From positions 1-61,333 of the forward strand of contig JAAZOT010000059.1 in assembly GCA_012797605.1 (NCBI GenBank): a stretch of 61,333 bases of DNA. The letters run 5' to 3'. The DNA comes from Spirochaetales bacterium. GTDB lineage: Bacteria; Spirochaetota; JAAYUW01. The translations under genes were made by a program, and so were the position numbers. The notes under the pieces are model-generated. The model worked only from the letters and a program-made list of their open reading frames with translations, made no database searches and was not told where the DNA came from. Below, one piece after another: positions 29,762-39,565 of this stretch (its first letter is position 1; each line of letters opens with the position of its first letter).

Positions 29762-30625
29762 CTAATCTTTTAAGTTCATATTGATATTATTAACTTCATC
29801 AAAATTTATTATTATTAATACATATGATATTTTAGATAAATCTAATATAGGTTTCAATTTAATTTTTTGATAAATTGAGAAGTTTTGCTTTTGTATATCT
29901 ATTGCTTTCCCAACTATAAGCCCAGGAGGGAAAACGCCACCATATCCTGCAGTTACAAAAACATCTTCATAAAAAATCTCTGCTTCATTTGGGAAATAGT
30001 CGACTTCAAGAAGCTGACTATCTGGAGAGTCTCCTTTAGCGATACCAGAATAATTTGTAAAAGTTTCTTTAACAGAAATCAGACAGCGAGAATCAAAGAT
30101 AGTCATAACTTTGCAATAGAAATAATTTGTTTCTATGACTTTACCAACTAATAATTTTTCTCCATTTAAAATGGTATAAACTGGATTTCCTTTTTTTATT
30201 CCATTTATCGAACCTTTATTCAAAATTATAGTAGAGTAAAGATTAGATGGATCTTTCATAATTATTTGTGCAGGAATATTTTTATATTCAGATGATTGAT
30301 GAAATTCCAGTAGTTTTTTTAATTCTCTATTCTCGTTCTCCAAACTTTCTGCTTTGAATTGAAAATCCTTAAGTTTATTAACTTCATTTTTTAATTGAAT
30401 GTTTTCATCTTTTAATCTTTTTAATTCACTGACAGATGAAAATAGGTTAATAATATTTTCAAATATAAAGTTATATGCTTTTATAAAAGGATAGGCAATT
30501 GCTCCAAAGATAATTTTTGGAGTTAAAATGAAACTCGAAGTTGTAAAGAACATACTGCTAATAGAAATTACGATAAATAAAATAAAAGTAATACTAAATT
30601 TATTTTTTACAAAGTATTGATTCAT
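29762..30625 (-). CDS. mreC: Rod shape-determining protein MreC
   Basis: TM plus coiled coil (LENENRELKKLL), ILNKGSINGI, VTAGYGGVFPPGLIVG. Confidence 0.93.
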   Translation of the reverse strand: MNQYFVKNKFSITFILFIVISISSMFFTTSSFILTPKIIFGAIAYPFIKAYNFIFENIINLFSSVSELKRLKDENIQLKNEVNKLKDFQFKAESLENENRELKKLLEFHQSSEYKNIPAQIIMKDPSNLYSTIILNKGSINGIKKGNPVYTILNGEKLLVGKVIETNYFYCKVMTIFDSRCLISVKETFTNYSGIAKGDSPDSQLLEVDYFPNEAEIFYEDVFVTAGYGGVFPPGLIVGKAIDIQKQNFSIYQKIKLKPILDLSKISYVLIIINFDEVNNINMNLKD

Positions 30626-30639
30626 AATAGATAATTTTG

Positions 30640-31656
30640 CTAAATAGACTTATATATCTTATTTTTATCAAGTGCTTCAAGGAATTTAGCTGTTCCCATA
30701 ACTATCGCAGTTAATGGGTTTTCGGCTAAAAATACCGGTACTTTTGTTTCTTCGGAAATCAATTTATCAAAACCTCTTAAAAGAGAACCGCCACCAGCAA
30801 GAACTATTCCTCTATCCACAATATCCCCAGCAAGTTCTGGTGGAGTTTGATCTAATGTCTTTTTTATTTCTTCAACAATTTGATAAAGAGGTTCTTTTAT
30901 AGCTTCTCTAATCTGATCAGAATCGACAACAAGGGTCTGAGGTAATCCTTTTATAGCATCTCTACCTTTTATCTCATAGCTTAATTTTTCATCACCATGA
31001 AAAGCACTACCAACTTTTATTTTTATATCTTCTGCAGTATTTTCTCCAACAATAATATTATGCTTCTTCTTTAAGTAATTTATTATTGCTTCATCAAATT
31101 CATCACCTGCGACTCTAATTGCGTTTGTAACAACCATTCCACCAAGAGAGATAATAGATATTTCAGTAGTACCACCACCAATATCGACAATCATATGACC
31201 AGCTGGCTCATCTATAGGAATATTTGAACCAATTGCTGCTGCAAGCGATTCGGGGATAAGATGAATATCTCTTGCTCCCGCTTGCTCTATTGATTCTCTA
31301 ACTGCCTTTTTTTCTACTTCTGTAATACAGGTGGGAACACCAACGACTACTCTTGGTTTCACTAAAGTAGATCTGCCTATAGCCTTTTTAATAAAATCTT
31401 TTATTAATTTATTTACAACATCAAAATCAGCTATAACACCATCTCTCATAGGTCTTACTGCTCTAATGGCTTTTGGAGTCCTACCAAGCATTTGCTTCGC
31501 TTCATTTCCTATAGCCATTATCCTATTTGTTCCAGTTTCTATGGCGACCACAGTTGGCTCATTGACAACTATACCTTTACCTTTAACATAAACCAAAGTA
31601 TTAACCGTACCTAAATCTATACCTACATCACAAGAAAAGATGTCAACAACTCCCAT
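30640..31656 (-). CDS. mreB: Actin-like protein MreB
   Basis: [37 protein letters not shown]. Confidence 0.97.
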   Translation of the reverse strand: MGVVDIFSCDVGIDLGTVNTLVYVKGKGIVVNEPTVVAIETGTNRIMAIGNEAKQMLGRTPKAIRAVRPMRDGVIADFDVVNKLIKDFIKKAIGRSTLVKPRVVVGVPTCITEVEKKAVRESIEQAGARDIHLIPESLAAAIGSNIPIDEPAGHMIVDIGGGTTEISIISLGGMVVTNAIRVAGDEFDEAIINYLKKKHNIIVGENTAEDIKIKVGSAFHGDEKLSYEIKGRDAIKGLPQTLVVDSDQIREAIKEPLYQIVEEIKKTLDQTPPELAGDIVDRGIVLAGGGSLLRGFDKLISEETKVPVFLAENPLTAIVMGTAKFLEALDKNKIYKSI

Positions 31657-31697
31657 TAATTACTCCTTTATAAAAGCTTTTTATTCATAAAAGTATA

Positions 31698-32627
31698 TTA
31701 TTTCAATGCTTTCAACAAATTTTTTGCCAATTCATTATTATTATTTAACATTATAGCTTTAGTAAGATAATTAATTGCGGTTTTTGAATCGTGCAATTGA
31801 CTATAACAATATCCTAAATAATAATAACTTATGTCTGAATTCGGTGAAATATCAACACATTGTAAAAAATATTCAATTGCTTTTTTATAATCCTCTAAAT
31901 CGACATATATTTTACCTTGAATGAATAAACTATCCTTTTTTAAATCTAAATCATTCGTATTATTTTCTATCTTTCTTAAAAACTTTAAAGATTCATCGAA
32001 TTTGTTTTCATTCTTTAAGACCAATGAATAATAGTATAAAAATTTATAATCATTTTCAAATAAGGAAAAAATTTTTTGCATAATCTTTTTTGCTTTTTCA
32101 AATTCTTCCACTTCTACATACATTATTGATAATTTATATAAAAAATCTTGTTCTGAAATCAATGTTTTGGAAGTGTTAATTACTTTCATATACTTTTCAA
32201 AATACTTTATGGCATAAGGATAATAACTTTTCCCTAACTTATAATAGTTGTCACCAATGTAAAAATTTATATCTAATGGAATTCTTTCAAAATTGTCGTA
32301 AAAATTTGCACTTCTAAAATAAAGCAAAGAAGTTAAATAGTCACTTTCATAGTAATAAATAATTCCAGCCTTATAAAAGTACCACCAATTTAATTCTTCT
32401 GTTGAAGAAATACTTTTCAAAATTATTCTTAAGGCTTTATCATATTCTTTATGATCAATCAACCTATCGATATAAGATTTGGAGTAATTTTGCTTAAAAA
32501 AGTCTTTTATACCACTAAAAAATAAAAAATAGATAATAGTTCCAATAATTAAAGAAGATATTAATAAAATAATAATTGTTTTGAAATACGATTTTTTTCG
32601 TTGATTTTGATATGAACTATAATACAT
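31698..32627 (-). CDS. Membrane-anchored tetratricopeptide repeat protein
   Basis: N-terminal TM and several TPRs (e.g. SYYYLGYCYSQLHDSKTAINYLTKAIMLNNNN). Confidence 0.8.
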   Translation of the reverse strand: MYYSSYQNQRKKSYFKTIIILLISSLIIGTIIYFLFFSGIKDFFKQNYSKSYIDRLIDHKEYDKALRIILKSISSTEELNWWYFYKAGIIYYYESDYLTSLLYFRSANFYDNFERIPLDINFYIGDNYYKLGKSYYPYAIKYFEKYMKVINTSKTLISEQDFLYKLSIMYVEVEEFEKAKKIMQKIFSLFENDYKFLYYYSLVLKNENKFDESLKFLRKIENNTNDLDLKKDSLFIQGKIYVDLEDYKKAIEYFLQCVDISPNSDISYYYLGYCYSQLHDSKTAINYLTKAIMLNNNNELAKNLLKALK

Positions 32628-32657
32628 CTGTTAGACCTTATTTAGTGAAGGTAATTT

Positions 32658-32685
32658 ACTGTAAAATCAGTAAGAAAAAAGTCAA
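32658..32685 (-). promoter_or_regulatory. Possible sigma70 promoter for the TPR-mreBCD run
   Basis: TTGACT (32685-32680)-N16-TACAGT (32663-32658), between the flgB stop and the TPR gene start. Confidence 0.4.
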
Positions 32686-32695
32686 TAAAGAATAA

Positions 32696-33121
32696 TTATT
32701 TCAAAACAAGGTTGATTAAATTATAGTCATGCTTTAATAAATCCAATATAGCTGAATAGACCATGGTGGTTTTAGATAATTCGGTTGTTTCTCTATCAAT
32801 ATCCACATTATTCCCATCATTTCTCATAGATGAAGCATAGTCCAATACTATATTTGGTTTTACATCTTTCCAATTTATTGGTATTTTAAATGGTATATGT
32901 CTTTCATTAGTGATATTAGCTTGTAAAGATTGATTCTTTTCAGATTCAAAAGCCCTTTTAAGTTGGGCTTCAAAAACTACATTGCTTCTCTTAAATCCGG
33001 GGGTATCTGCATTAGCAATATTATTCGCAATGACCTGATATCTTTTATTATTAACCTCTATTCCCTTTTTTAATAGTATTAATGTTTTTTCTGAAAATTT
33101 ATTTATAGCAAAATTATCCAT
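32696..33121 (-). CDS. flgB: Flagellar basal-body rod protein FlgB
   Basis: VIANNIANADTPGFKR, TNERHI, RNDGNNVDIDRE. GGAG RBS before ATG 33121 (the ORF track starts at 33133). Confidence 0.93.
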   Translation of the reverse strand: MDNFAINKFSEKTLILLKKGIEVNNKRYQVIANNIANADTPGFKRSNVVFEAQLKRAFESEKNQSLQANITNERHIPFKIPINWKDVKPNIVLDYASSMRNDGNNVDIDRETTELSKTTMVYSAILDLLKHDYNLINLVLK

Positions 33122-33138
33122 AACCACTCCCATTTTTT

Positions 33139-33164
33139 ATTTCGGTATAAAAATTAAAACTTAA
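33139..33164 (-). promoter_or_regulatory. Possible sigma28 (FliA/SigD)-like promoter of flgB
   Basis: TTAAGTTT-N10-ACCGAAAT versus consensus TAAAGTTT-N11-GCCGATAA. The spacer is one nt short. Confidence 0.35.
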
Positions 33165-33214
33165 GTAAAGAATTATTTATAAATACGATAAATATTAAGG
33201 GGAGGGGAAGGTTA

Positions 33215-34441
33215 GTGAGAAATCTTCGCATTTATAATCATTTTATAAAAGCCTTATTTGTTTATTTTTTTCTAATATTTTTTTCTCAAGTTTGTTTAGC
33301 TTATAGTATTGATGATTTTTTACTTGACATTTTGATGTTATACCAAAATGGATTGGATTCAACTTCAAAAGAAGCAGTTGTAACAAGAATTTCATTATTT
33401 TCTAAACTTTTGGAAAAAGATAATGAGAAACTTGCAGAATTAGCAATAAAATTATCTAATTTTAACAAAAAACAAAAATTTTTAATTTACAAAATCTTAA
33501 AAAATTACTTAAACGAAAATATAATAAATTACCTTTTTCCAGATATTAAAAAGCCAATAGAAATGGACATTAATTCAAAAATCAACGATAAAACGGCAAG
33601 CATGACTATTATCGATGAGAACTATATATATAATAATGATGAAAACAAAGAAAAAAGCAATGAAGATAAAAAAGATGATGATAAAAAGCTAGACAATAAT
33701 TCACAAAACAACAACCAGACAAAAGAAAACACTACTCAAACTTCTAACAATCAAGACAATAATAATAAAAATAACAATAAAAACACAAATAATAGCAATA
33801 ATAATCAAAATAATAGTCAAAGTAGCAATAACAACAATGATAGTCAAACCAACTCTTCGAATCAAAAAACAGAAGAGAAAAATAATCAGACTAATAAACA
33901 GGAAAAAACTGTTTTCAACATTGAAGGATTAAAAGTTCCTCAGATTCAAGAAATATACAATAAATATACAATAGCAGAACTTGATAATATTTATAAAGAT
34001 GCTGTAAAACTTTATTACAACAATGATTTGAACAAAGCCTTTATAGAGTTTTGGATATGTCTTGTTAATAATTTCAATCCAGAAAATTCATCGTATTATC
34101 TTGCTTTTATATATGAAAAAGAACAGGATTTTGACTCTGCTATTATTTTATACAAGAATTCAATTAATATATTTTTAGCAAAACAATCAGTAGATTCCAA
34201 ATTCTTAAGTTACCTTTTTAAGAGATTAGGAATATCTTACAATCAAAAAAAACTTTTTGAGGAAGGGATACTTTATCTTAAAAAATCTATAGAATATTAT
34301 CCTGCTGATGGAGAAGCATACTTTCAAATAGGACTTGCCTATTATAATCTCCAAAACTATGATAAGGCAAAAGAATATTTTCAAAAAGCTTTGCAATTTG
34401 GTTATCAAAAAGCTCAAGAATACCTTAAAAAACTAGGATAA
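33215..34441 (+). CDS. Secreted TPR protein with Asn/Gln/Ser-rich low-complexity linker
   Basis: Strong RBS before GTG, signal peptide, N-rich linker, C-terminal TPRs (AYFQIGLAYYNLQNYDKAKEYFQKALQFG). Confidence 0.8.
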   Translation: MRNLRIYNHFIKALFVYFFLIFFSQVCLAYSIDDFLLDILMLYQNGLDSTSKEAVVTRISLFSKLLEKDNEKLAELAIKLSNFNKKQKFLIYKILKNYLNENIINYLFPDIKKPIEMDINSKINDKTASMTIIDENYIYNNDENKEKSNEDKKDDDKKLDNNSQNNNQTKENTTQTSNNQDNNNKNNNKNTNNSNNNQNNSQSSNNNNDSQTNSSNQKTEEKNNQTNKQEKTVFNIEGLKVPQIQEIYNKYTIAELDNIYKDAVKLYYNNDLNKAFIEFWICLVNNFNPENSSYYLAFIYEKEQDFDSAIILYKNSINIFLAKQSVDSKFLSYLFKRLGISYNQKKLFEEGILYLKKSIEYYPADGEAYFQIGLAYYNLQNYDKAKEYFQKALQFGYQKAQEYLKKLG

Positions 34442-34450
34442 ATTTACCTT

Positions 34451-35956
34451 CTAGGATAAATTTTTCTTAATATTTTTAATTTCTTTAAATAAGTCTATTT
34501 CAGTAAGAGTATCTATTCTTTTAAGACTATTTCTATAAGTTTCAAATTTTTTTATATTCAGTATTTTTTGGATAGATTCCCAATTCATTGCTGTATTTAA
34601 GTAGGATGATTTAGAAATTACATATCTATATAAAGGATACCTTCTATGATGAGTTCGCTCTTCTTTAGCAAGAAATGAGGAGCCTATCAAAAATAAATTT
34701 GGCTTTTTATCATTATAAATTATCTGAAATTGTTTATATAATGTGGGTAATGTAGCTCCATAAAATGGGAAGATTGGAAGTTTTTTTAGTATACTAAATT
34801 TTCTTTCTTCATCAGTCTGCAAATTTACAAAAATAGGATTTTTATTTATTCTTTTTAATATTGAAGGATGGATAGTAGTTGAAAGAATAAACGGGATAGA
34901 AAAATTTACAGTATTAAAGTATCCAAAAAAACCAGCATCGAAAATAACTTGATATTCTATTTTGATCTTTTTTTCCAACAATAAATTTACAGATGAGACT
35001 ATGGAAATTGAAAAAAAATATTTATTTATAATATTTATATCTTCATTATCTAGTTGTTTTAAAACTTCTTCAACTTTATTTGATGCTCCCCAAAATATTA
35101 ATCCTTTTTTCTCAGAAAAATCAAAATCAATTTTACTATTATCAAGACTCCAGTTTTTCTCTCCAATAATTCTTAAATTTCTAGTTATATTTTTTTCCCA
35201 TAAAACAGAAAAATATTTTTCAGTCGAAATTGATTTATATCTTTTTTGTGCTTCTTCATTTATTATTTCAACCATTTTCTTTATATCTACTGTTGGGAAA
35301 AAAAAGTTAAGATCATCCAAAGGAATCAAATTTAATGGATTTTCAAGTAATAACTTAAATTTATTAAAATCATCATTATTAGCAAAACTATCTTGAAAAT
35401 AGGATTCTATGAATTTTTCAAATTGAAAGATATTCTTTATTTTAATTAAACAAATTTTATTAATATTTACTTTAGTATTACCGTTGTAAAATTTATCTAT
35501 ACTAATTTCAACTTTTCTATCTTCTGGGATATGCAAGCAATAGACAACTATAAATAGATTGCTTAAAATAATTTTTGAATAATCTATTATGAAAAGACTT
35601 AAAATAAATGAATTAAAGGAAGAAAAAATAATGATAATCTGTAAATCCTTAATAAAAGAAGACTTTTGAAAAGATGGAATTAATAAATAATTCAAAAAAT
35701 AAAAAAATGAAAGCCCTATACCATTTTCTAAAAATATGATTTTAGTTTTATTTTCTAAATCGACTTTATTGAATTTTTCACACGGCTTATATTTTGAGTA
35801 TAAAAATTTATTATTTATCATAAAGGTTGGTGCACCATCTTTGGCAATTTCAAAATTATTTATATATTTATTGAAAAAAAAGTTTGCTAAATCTTTGGAT
35901 AAAGAAAAATAATTTGAGTTATCAAAAAATCTTGCTTTTAATTCATTCAAATTCAT
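34451..35956 (-). CDS. Divergent motility-accessory-factor (Maf/DUF115, MptE-like) protein
   Basis: AKDGAPTFMINNKFLYSKYKP and TEKYFSVLWEKNITRNL resemble Maf-family segments. The central motif is degenerate. Confidence 0.5.
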   Translation of the reverse strand: MNLNELKARFFDNSNYFSLSKDLANFFFNKYINNFEIAKDGAPTFMINNKFLYSKYKPCEKFNKVDLENKTKIIFLENGIGLSFFYFLNYLLIPSFQKSSFIKDLQIIIIFSSFNSFILSLFIIDYSKIILSNLFIVVYCLHIPEDRKVEISIDKFYNGNTKVNINKICLIKIKNIFQFEKFIESYFQDSFANNDDFNKFKLLLENPLNLIPLDDLNFFFPTVDIKKMVEIINEEAQKRYKSISTEKYFSVLWEKNITRNLRIIGEKNWSLDNSKIDFDFSEKKGLIFWGASNKVEEVLKQLDNEDINIINKYFFSISIVSSVNLLLEKKIKIEYQVIFDAGFFGYFNTVNFSIPFILSTTIHPSILKRINKNPIFVNLQTDEERKFSILKKLPIFPFYGATLPTLYKQFQIIYNDKKPNLFLIGSSFLAKEERTHHRRYPLYRYVISKSSYLNTAMNWESIQKILNIKKFETYRNSLKRIDTLTEIDLFKEIKNIKKNLS

Positions 35957-37563
35957 TTTTTTTCTATGTTATATTTATATGCATTTTCAATAAAACTTTT
36001 AAATATAGGATGAGGTTTGAAAGGTTTAGATTTAAATTCTGGATGAAATTGAACTCCTATCCCAAATGGGTTATCTTTATATTCTACAATTTCTACTAAA
36101 TTTTTTGTTATATATTTTCCAGAGATTATAAGACCTGCTTTTTCAAATTGATCTTCATATTTATTATTAAACTCATATCTATGTCTATGTCTTTCAAAAA
36201 TAATGTTTTCGCCATAGATTTTTTCAGCTAATGTTCCTTTTTTAATGTTGCATTCATATACACCAAGTCTCATTGTACCGCCTTTACGATCAATAGAATA
36301 TTGATCTTCCATCAAATGTATCACTGGATTTGATGTCTCTGTAAATTCTGATGAATTTGCATCTGCAATTTTTAAGACATTTCTTGCATATTCTATAACC
36401 ATACATTGCATACCTAGACATATCCCAAAATATGGGATTTTCTTTTCTCTAGCTATTTGAATTATTGCAAGTTTACCTTCTATCCCCCTACTACCAAAAC
36501 CACCAGGGACCAAAATTCCATCTGCTTGATTTATAACTTTAGTTAAGTTTTCAGGATTTTTTTCGATTTCTTCTGAATCTATTTTCATAATATTAAGTTC
36601 AACCTTATTTGCAATTGCAGCATGTCTCAATGCTTCATAAACAGATTTATATGAATCTTGAAGTTTTATATACTTTCCAACAACAGCAATAGATATCTTA
36701 GGTTTTTTAGAATCAACAATACTTATTATTTCTTCCCATTTTTTCAAATTCGGTTTATTTGATGCAAGGCTTAATTTTAATGCTATTTTATCTTGTAAAC
36801 CTTGCTGAGTATATATAATAGGCAATTTATAAATGGAATCTACATCAGGAGCTTCAAAAACATCCTCTTCAGCAATAGAGCAGAACATGGCTATTTTTCT
36901 TTTCATTTCTTTACTTAATGTACCGGAAATCCTTGTCATAATTATGTCTGGGACAATACCTATTTGCCTTAAAACACCCACACTGTGTTGAGTTGGCTTT
37001 GTCTTATATTCTCCAGCAACTTCAATCTTTGGGATAAGAGTCAAATGGATGAATATTGTATTGTTTTTATTTGAAAGGCTGAATTCTCTTGCTGCTTCTA
37101 AAAAAGGAATAGACTCTATATCTCCAACAGTTCCACCTATTTCAACTATTTGGACATCTGGATTTACTTTATCTGATAGACTTCTTATTAATCTTTGTAT
37201 CTCTGAAGTGACATGAGGTATAACTTGAACAGTTTTTCCAAGGTAATCCCCTCTTCTTTCTCTTTCAATGACATTTAGATAAACCTTTCCTGTGGTTATT
37301 GAACTTAACTTAGAAAGTTCAGAATCTGTAAACCTTGCGTAGTTTCCAAGATCAAGATCAGTCTCAGCTCCATCGTCTGTTACATAAACTTCCCCATGCT
37401 GATATGGTGACATTGTTCCCGCATCAACATTAAGATATGGATCTATCTTTTGCATAGCAACTTTATAGCACATTGCTTCTAAAATTGCCCCTATAGATGA
37501 AGCAGCTATACCTTTCCCTAATGATGAACAAACTCCACCAGTTATAAAAATATATTTTGTCAT
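35953..37563 (-). CDS. pyrG: CTP synthase
   Basis: YIFITGGVCSSLGKG, KIDPYLNVDAGTMSPYQHGEV, GICLGMQ, RHRHRYE, QFHPEF. GAGG RBS before ATG 37563. Confidence 0.97.
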   Translation of the reverse strand: MTKYIFITGGVCSSLGKGIAASSIGAILEAMCYKVAMQKIDPYLNVDAGTMSPYQHGEVYVTDDGAETDLDLGNYARFTDSELSKLSSITTGKVYLNVIERERRGDYLGKTVQVIPHVTSEIQRLIRSLSDKVNPDVQIVEIGGTVGDIESIPFLEAAREFSLSNKNNTIFIHLTLIPKIEVAGEYKTKPTQHSVGVLRQIGIVPDIIMTRISGTLSKEMKRKIAMFCSIAEEDVFEAPDVDSIYKLPIIYTQQGLQDKIALKLSLASNKPNLKKWEEIISIVDSKKPKISIAVVGKYIKLQDSYKSVYEALRHAAIANKVELNIMKIDSEEIEKNPENLTKVINQADGILVPGGFGSRGIEGKLAIIQIAREKKIPYFGICLGMQCMVIEYARNVLKIADANSSEFTETSNPVIHLMEDQYSIDRKGGTMRLGVYECNIKKGTLAEKIYGENIIFERHRHRYEFNNKYEDQFEKAGLIISGKYITKNLVEIVEYKDNPFGIGVQFHPEFKSKPFKPHPIFKSFIENAYKYNIEKK

Positions 37564-37564
37564 A

Positions 37565-38173
37565 TTAACCTCTTGCTTTCTTTTCAAATTCTACAATCAT
37601 ATTTGCAAAATCAATTATTGAATTGAAAACCAGGACTTTTCCTTCCTCTTCAAGCATTTCAATTTTACTAAAATCCTCGTAAATTCTTTTATCTTTATAT
37701 AAATAATCATATCTATGAATTATAACTGGAATTATCGAACAATTTTGAGCAAAATATATATCTGAAAGTCTATCTCCTAAATAAAAAGTGGATTTTTGAT
37801 CAATGTTAAACATCGCCCTAAGTCTTTCGAAAAGACCTTTCGAAGGTTTTCTACAGTTGCAATAATATTCAGGAAGATGAGGACAATAAAAAAATCCATC
37901 GAAATTGAAGTTATAATTTTTAGTAAGATATAAATTTAAGTTTATGTAATTTGATAAGAGTGTTTTCTCTTCAAAATTACCTTTTGAAATTCCCGATTGA
38001 TTAGATATTATAAATAGATTAAAGCCATTTTGTTTAAGCTTAATACAGGATGGTATCACATCTTCAAAGAAATATTTAACTTCAAAGGCAGGACTATAAA
38101 CTTGATCCTGCATTAAAGTATCATCTTTATCAAAAATAATTGCCTTTAATTTCTGCATAACAATATATATCAT
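37565..38173 (-). CDS. gmhB: HAD-IIIA phosphatase, GmhB/HisB-like
   Basis: FDKDDTL, ISNQSGI, Zn motif CPH...CNCRKP, GDRLSD. Confidence 0.75.
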   Translation of the reverse strand: MIYIVMQKLKAIIFDKDDTLMQDQVYSPAFEVKYFFEDVIPSCIKLKQNGFNLFIISNQSGISKGNFEEKTLLSNYINLNLYLTKNYNFNFDGFFYCPHLPEYYCNCRKPSKGLFERLRAMFNIDQKSTFYLGDRLSDIYFAQNCSIIPVIIHRYDYLYKDKRIYEDFSKIEMLEEEGKVLVFNSIIDFANMIVEFEKKARG

Positions 38174-38245
38174 TAAAAGAAAAAAAGTGAAGAATGTAAT
38201 TATGAAAATTATATAAATTTTAAGAATTGCTTTTAATCTTATAGT

Positions 38246-38797
38246 TTATTTATATATATTATAGGAATATATCTTTTCTATCTCTTTTCTCTTTTTTTCC
38301 TTAGGCATTTGATCAGTAAAACCTAAAGCAATAAGAACTATTATTTTTCTATTAAATGGAATTTTTAGAAGTTTTTTAATTTTTTTTTCATCAAATATTC
38401 CAAGAATGCAGGTAGCCAAACCTATATCTGTCGCAGCAAGACAAAATTGCATAACGCTGCAACCAATATCGAAATTTGCGAAATTTCTACCCAAAGCTAC
38501 CTGTCCTATTGAGAGTTCAATATTTTTTGGCTCTTCTGTAACGACTATGATAGCAGATGCGTCTTTTGCAAATTGGTTAAATCTTATTTTACCTATTGTC
38601 AAATATTCGACAACTTCATTTTTTAATATAGGGTCATCAATTACAATATACTTCCAAGGTTGACTATTAGAAGCTGAAGGAGCCAACCTTGCTGCTTCAA
38701 GACATCTTAATATTTTATCTCTTTCAATAACTTTATCTTTAAGAAAATTTCTACAAGAAAATCTTTTTTTAAAAAGTTCAAAAACTTCTTGATTCAT
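38246..38797 (-). CDS. Nitroreductase family protein
   Basis: KRFSCRNF, ARLAPSASNSQPW, LAATDIGLATC. Confidence 0.92.
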   Translation of the reverse strand: MNQEVFELFKKRFSCRNFLKDKVIERDKILRCLEAARLAPSASNSQPWKYIVIDDPILKNEVVEYLTIGKIRFNQFAKDASAIIVVTEEPKNIELSIGQVALGRNFANFDIGCSVMQFCLAATDIGLATCILGIFDEKKIKKLLKIPFNRKIIVLIALGFTDQMPKEKKRKEIEKIYSYNIYK

Positions 38798-38799
38798 TT

Positions 38800-39459
38800 T
38801 TATTCCTTTAATAAATTCATTTCATAAATTTCGCCAAATTCATCTTTGTCAATTCTATTGAATCCTATTTTTTTCAAATATGATGAGTGTAAATTGTGTG
38901 ATGCATGGGTTCTAAGTTTGGTATATCCATGTTGAAAAAAATAATTTTTGTTTTTTACAAATAAAAAATCTGCAATCTTAAAATCTCTATAAGCTGGAAT
39001 AACATAATCCAAATGTATATAGTCAAAGTTCTCTTTTTTTTCAATTATAATAAGACCAGCAGGAATAAGGTCTCTTAATATAAAAAAGTATCTTATATCC
39101 TTATCTTCCAGATTATTTAATATTTTATTTTTGCTCTTAAAATCAAATAATGGAAAAAATTTATTAATGTCTTTATTGTAAAACTCAATAAATTTTTGAA
39201 GATACGATGAATTTGACAATACTTCAAGCAAAGAAAAATATTCTGAAGTTTTAGACATTTTTAAAAGAAAATATACATTGACAAGACATATAAATAAGTT
39301 AAGAAAACCAACGGGATATGATTTTATTATAAAACCATAAATAGAAAAAATTAGACTTCCAGCTAGATTAAGTATACGAAGCCATATGACAGAACTCATC
39401 ATAAGAGAGATAGCTACAATAAAAGAAGCAAGATAACCTAAAATTTCTATAATATGCAT
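38800..39459 (-). CDS. YgjV-like membrane domain fused to a GNAT-like domain
   Basis: Three N-terminal TMs (GYLASFIVAISLMM...LRILNLAGS). C-terminal LDYVIPAYRD...YLKKIGF. Confidence 0.6.
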   Translation of the reverse strand: MHIIEILGYLASFIVAISLMMSSVIWLRILNLAGSLIFSIYGFIIKSYPVGFLNLFICLVNVYFLLKMSKTSEYFSLLEVLSNSSYLQKFIEFYNKDINKFFPLFDFKSKNKILNNLEDKDIRYFFILRDLIPAGLIIIEKKENFDYIHLDYVIPAYRDFKIADFLFVKNKNYFFQHGYTKLRTHASHNLHSSYLKKIGFNRIDKDEFGEIYEMNLLKE

Positions 39460-39565
39460 TTAAATTCCTATTTTTCAAAAATTTAATTAATTTTTTATTT
39501 TTATCAAAATAAAATTATTTGATTTTTCAAAATTTTAACGAATAATTTATTAAAGGTAGTTAAAA

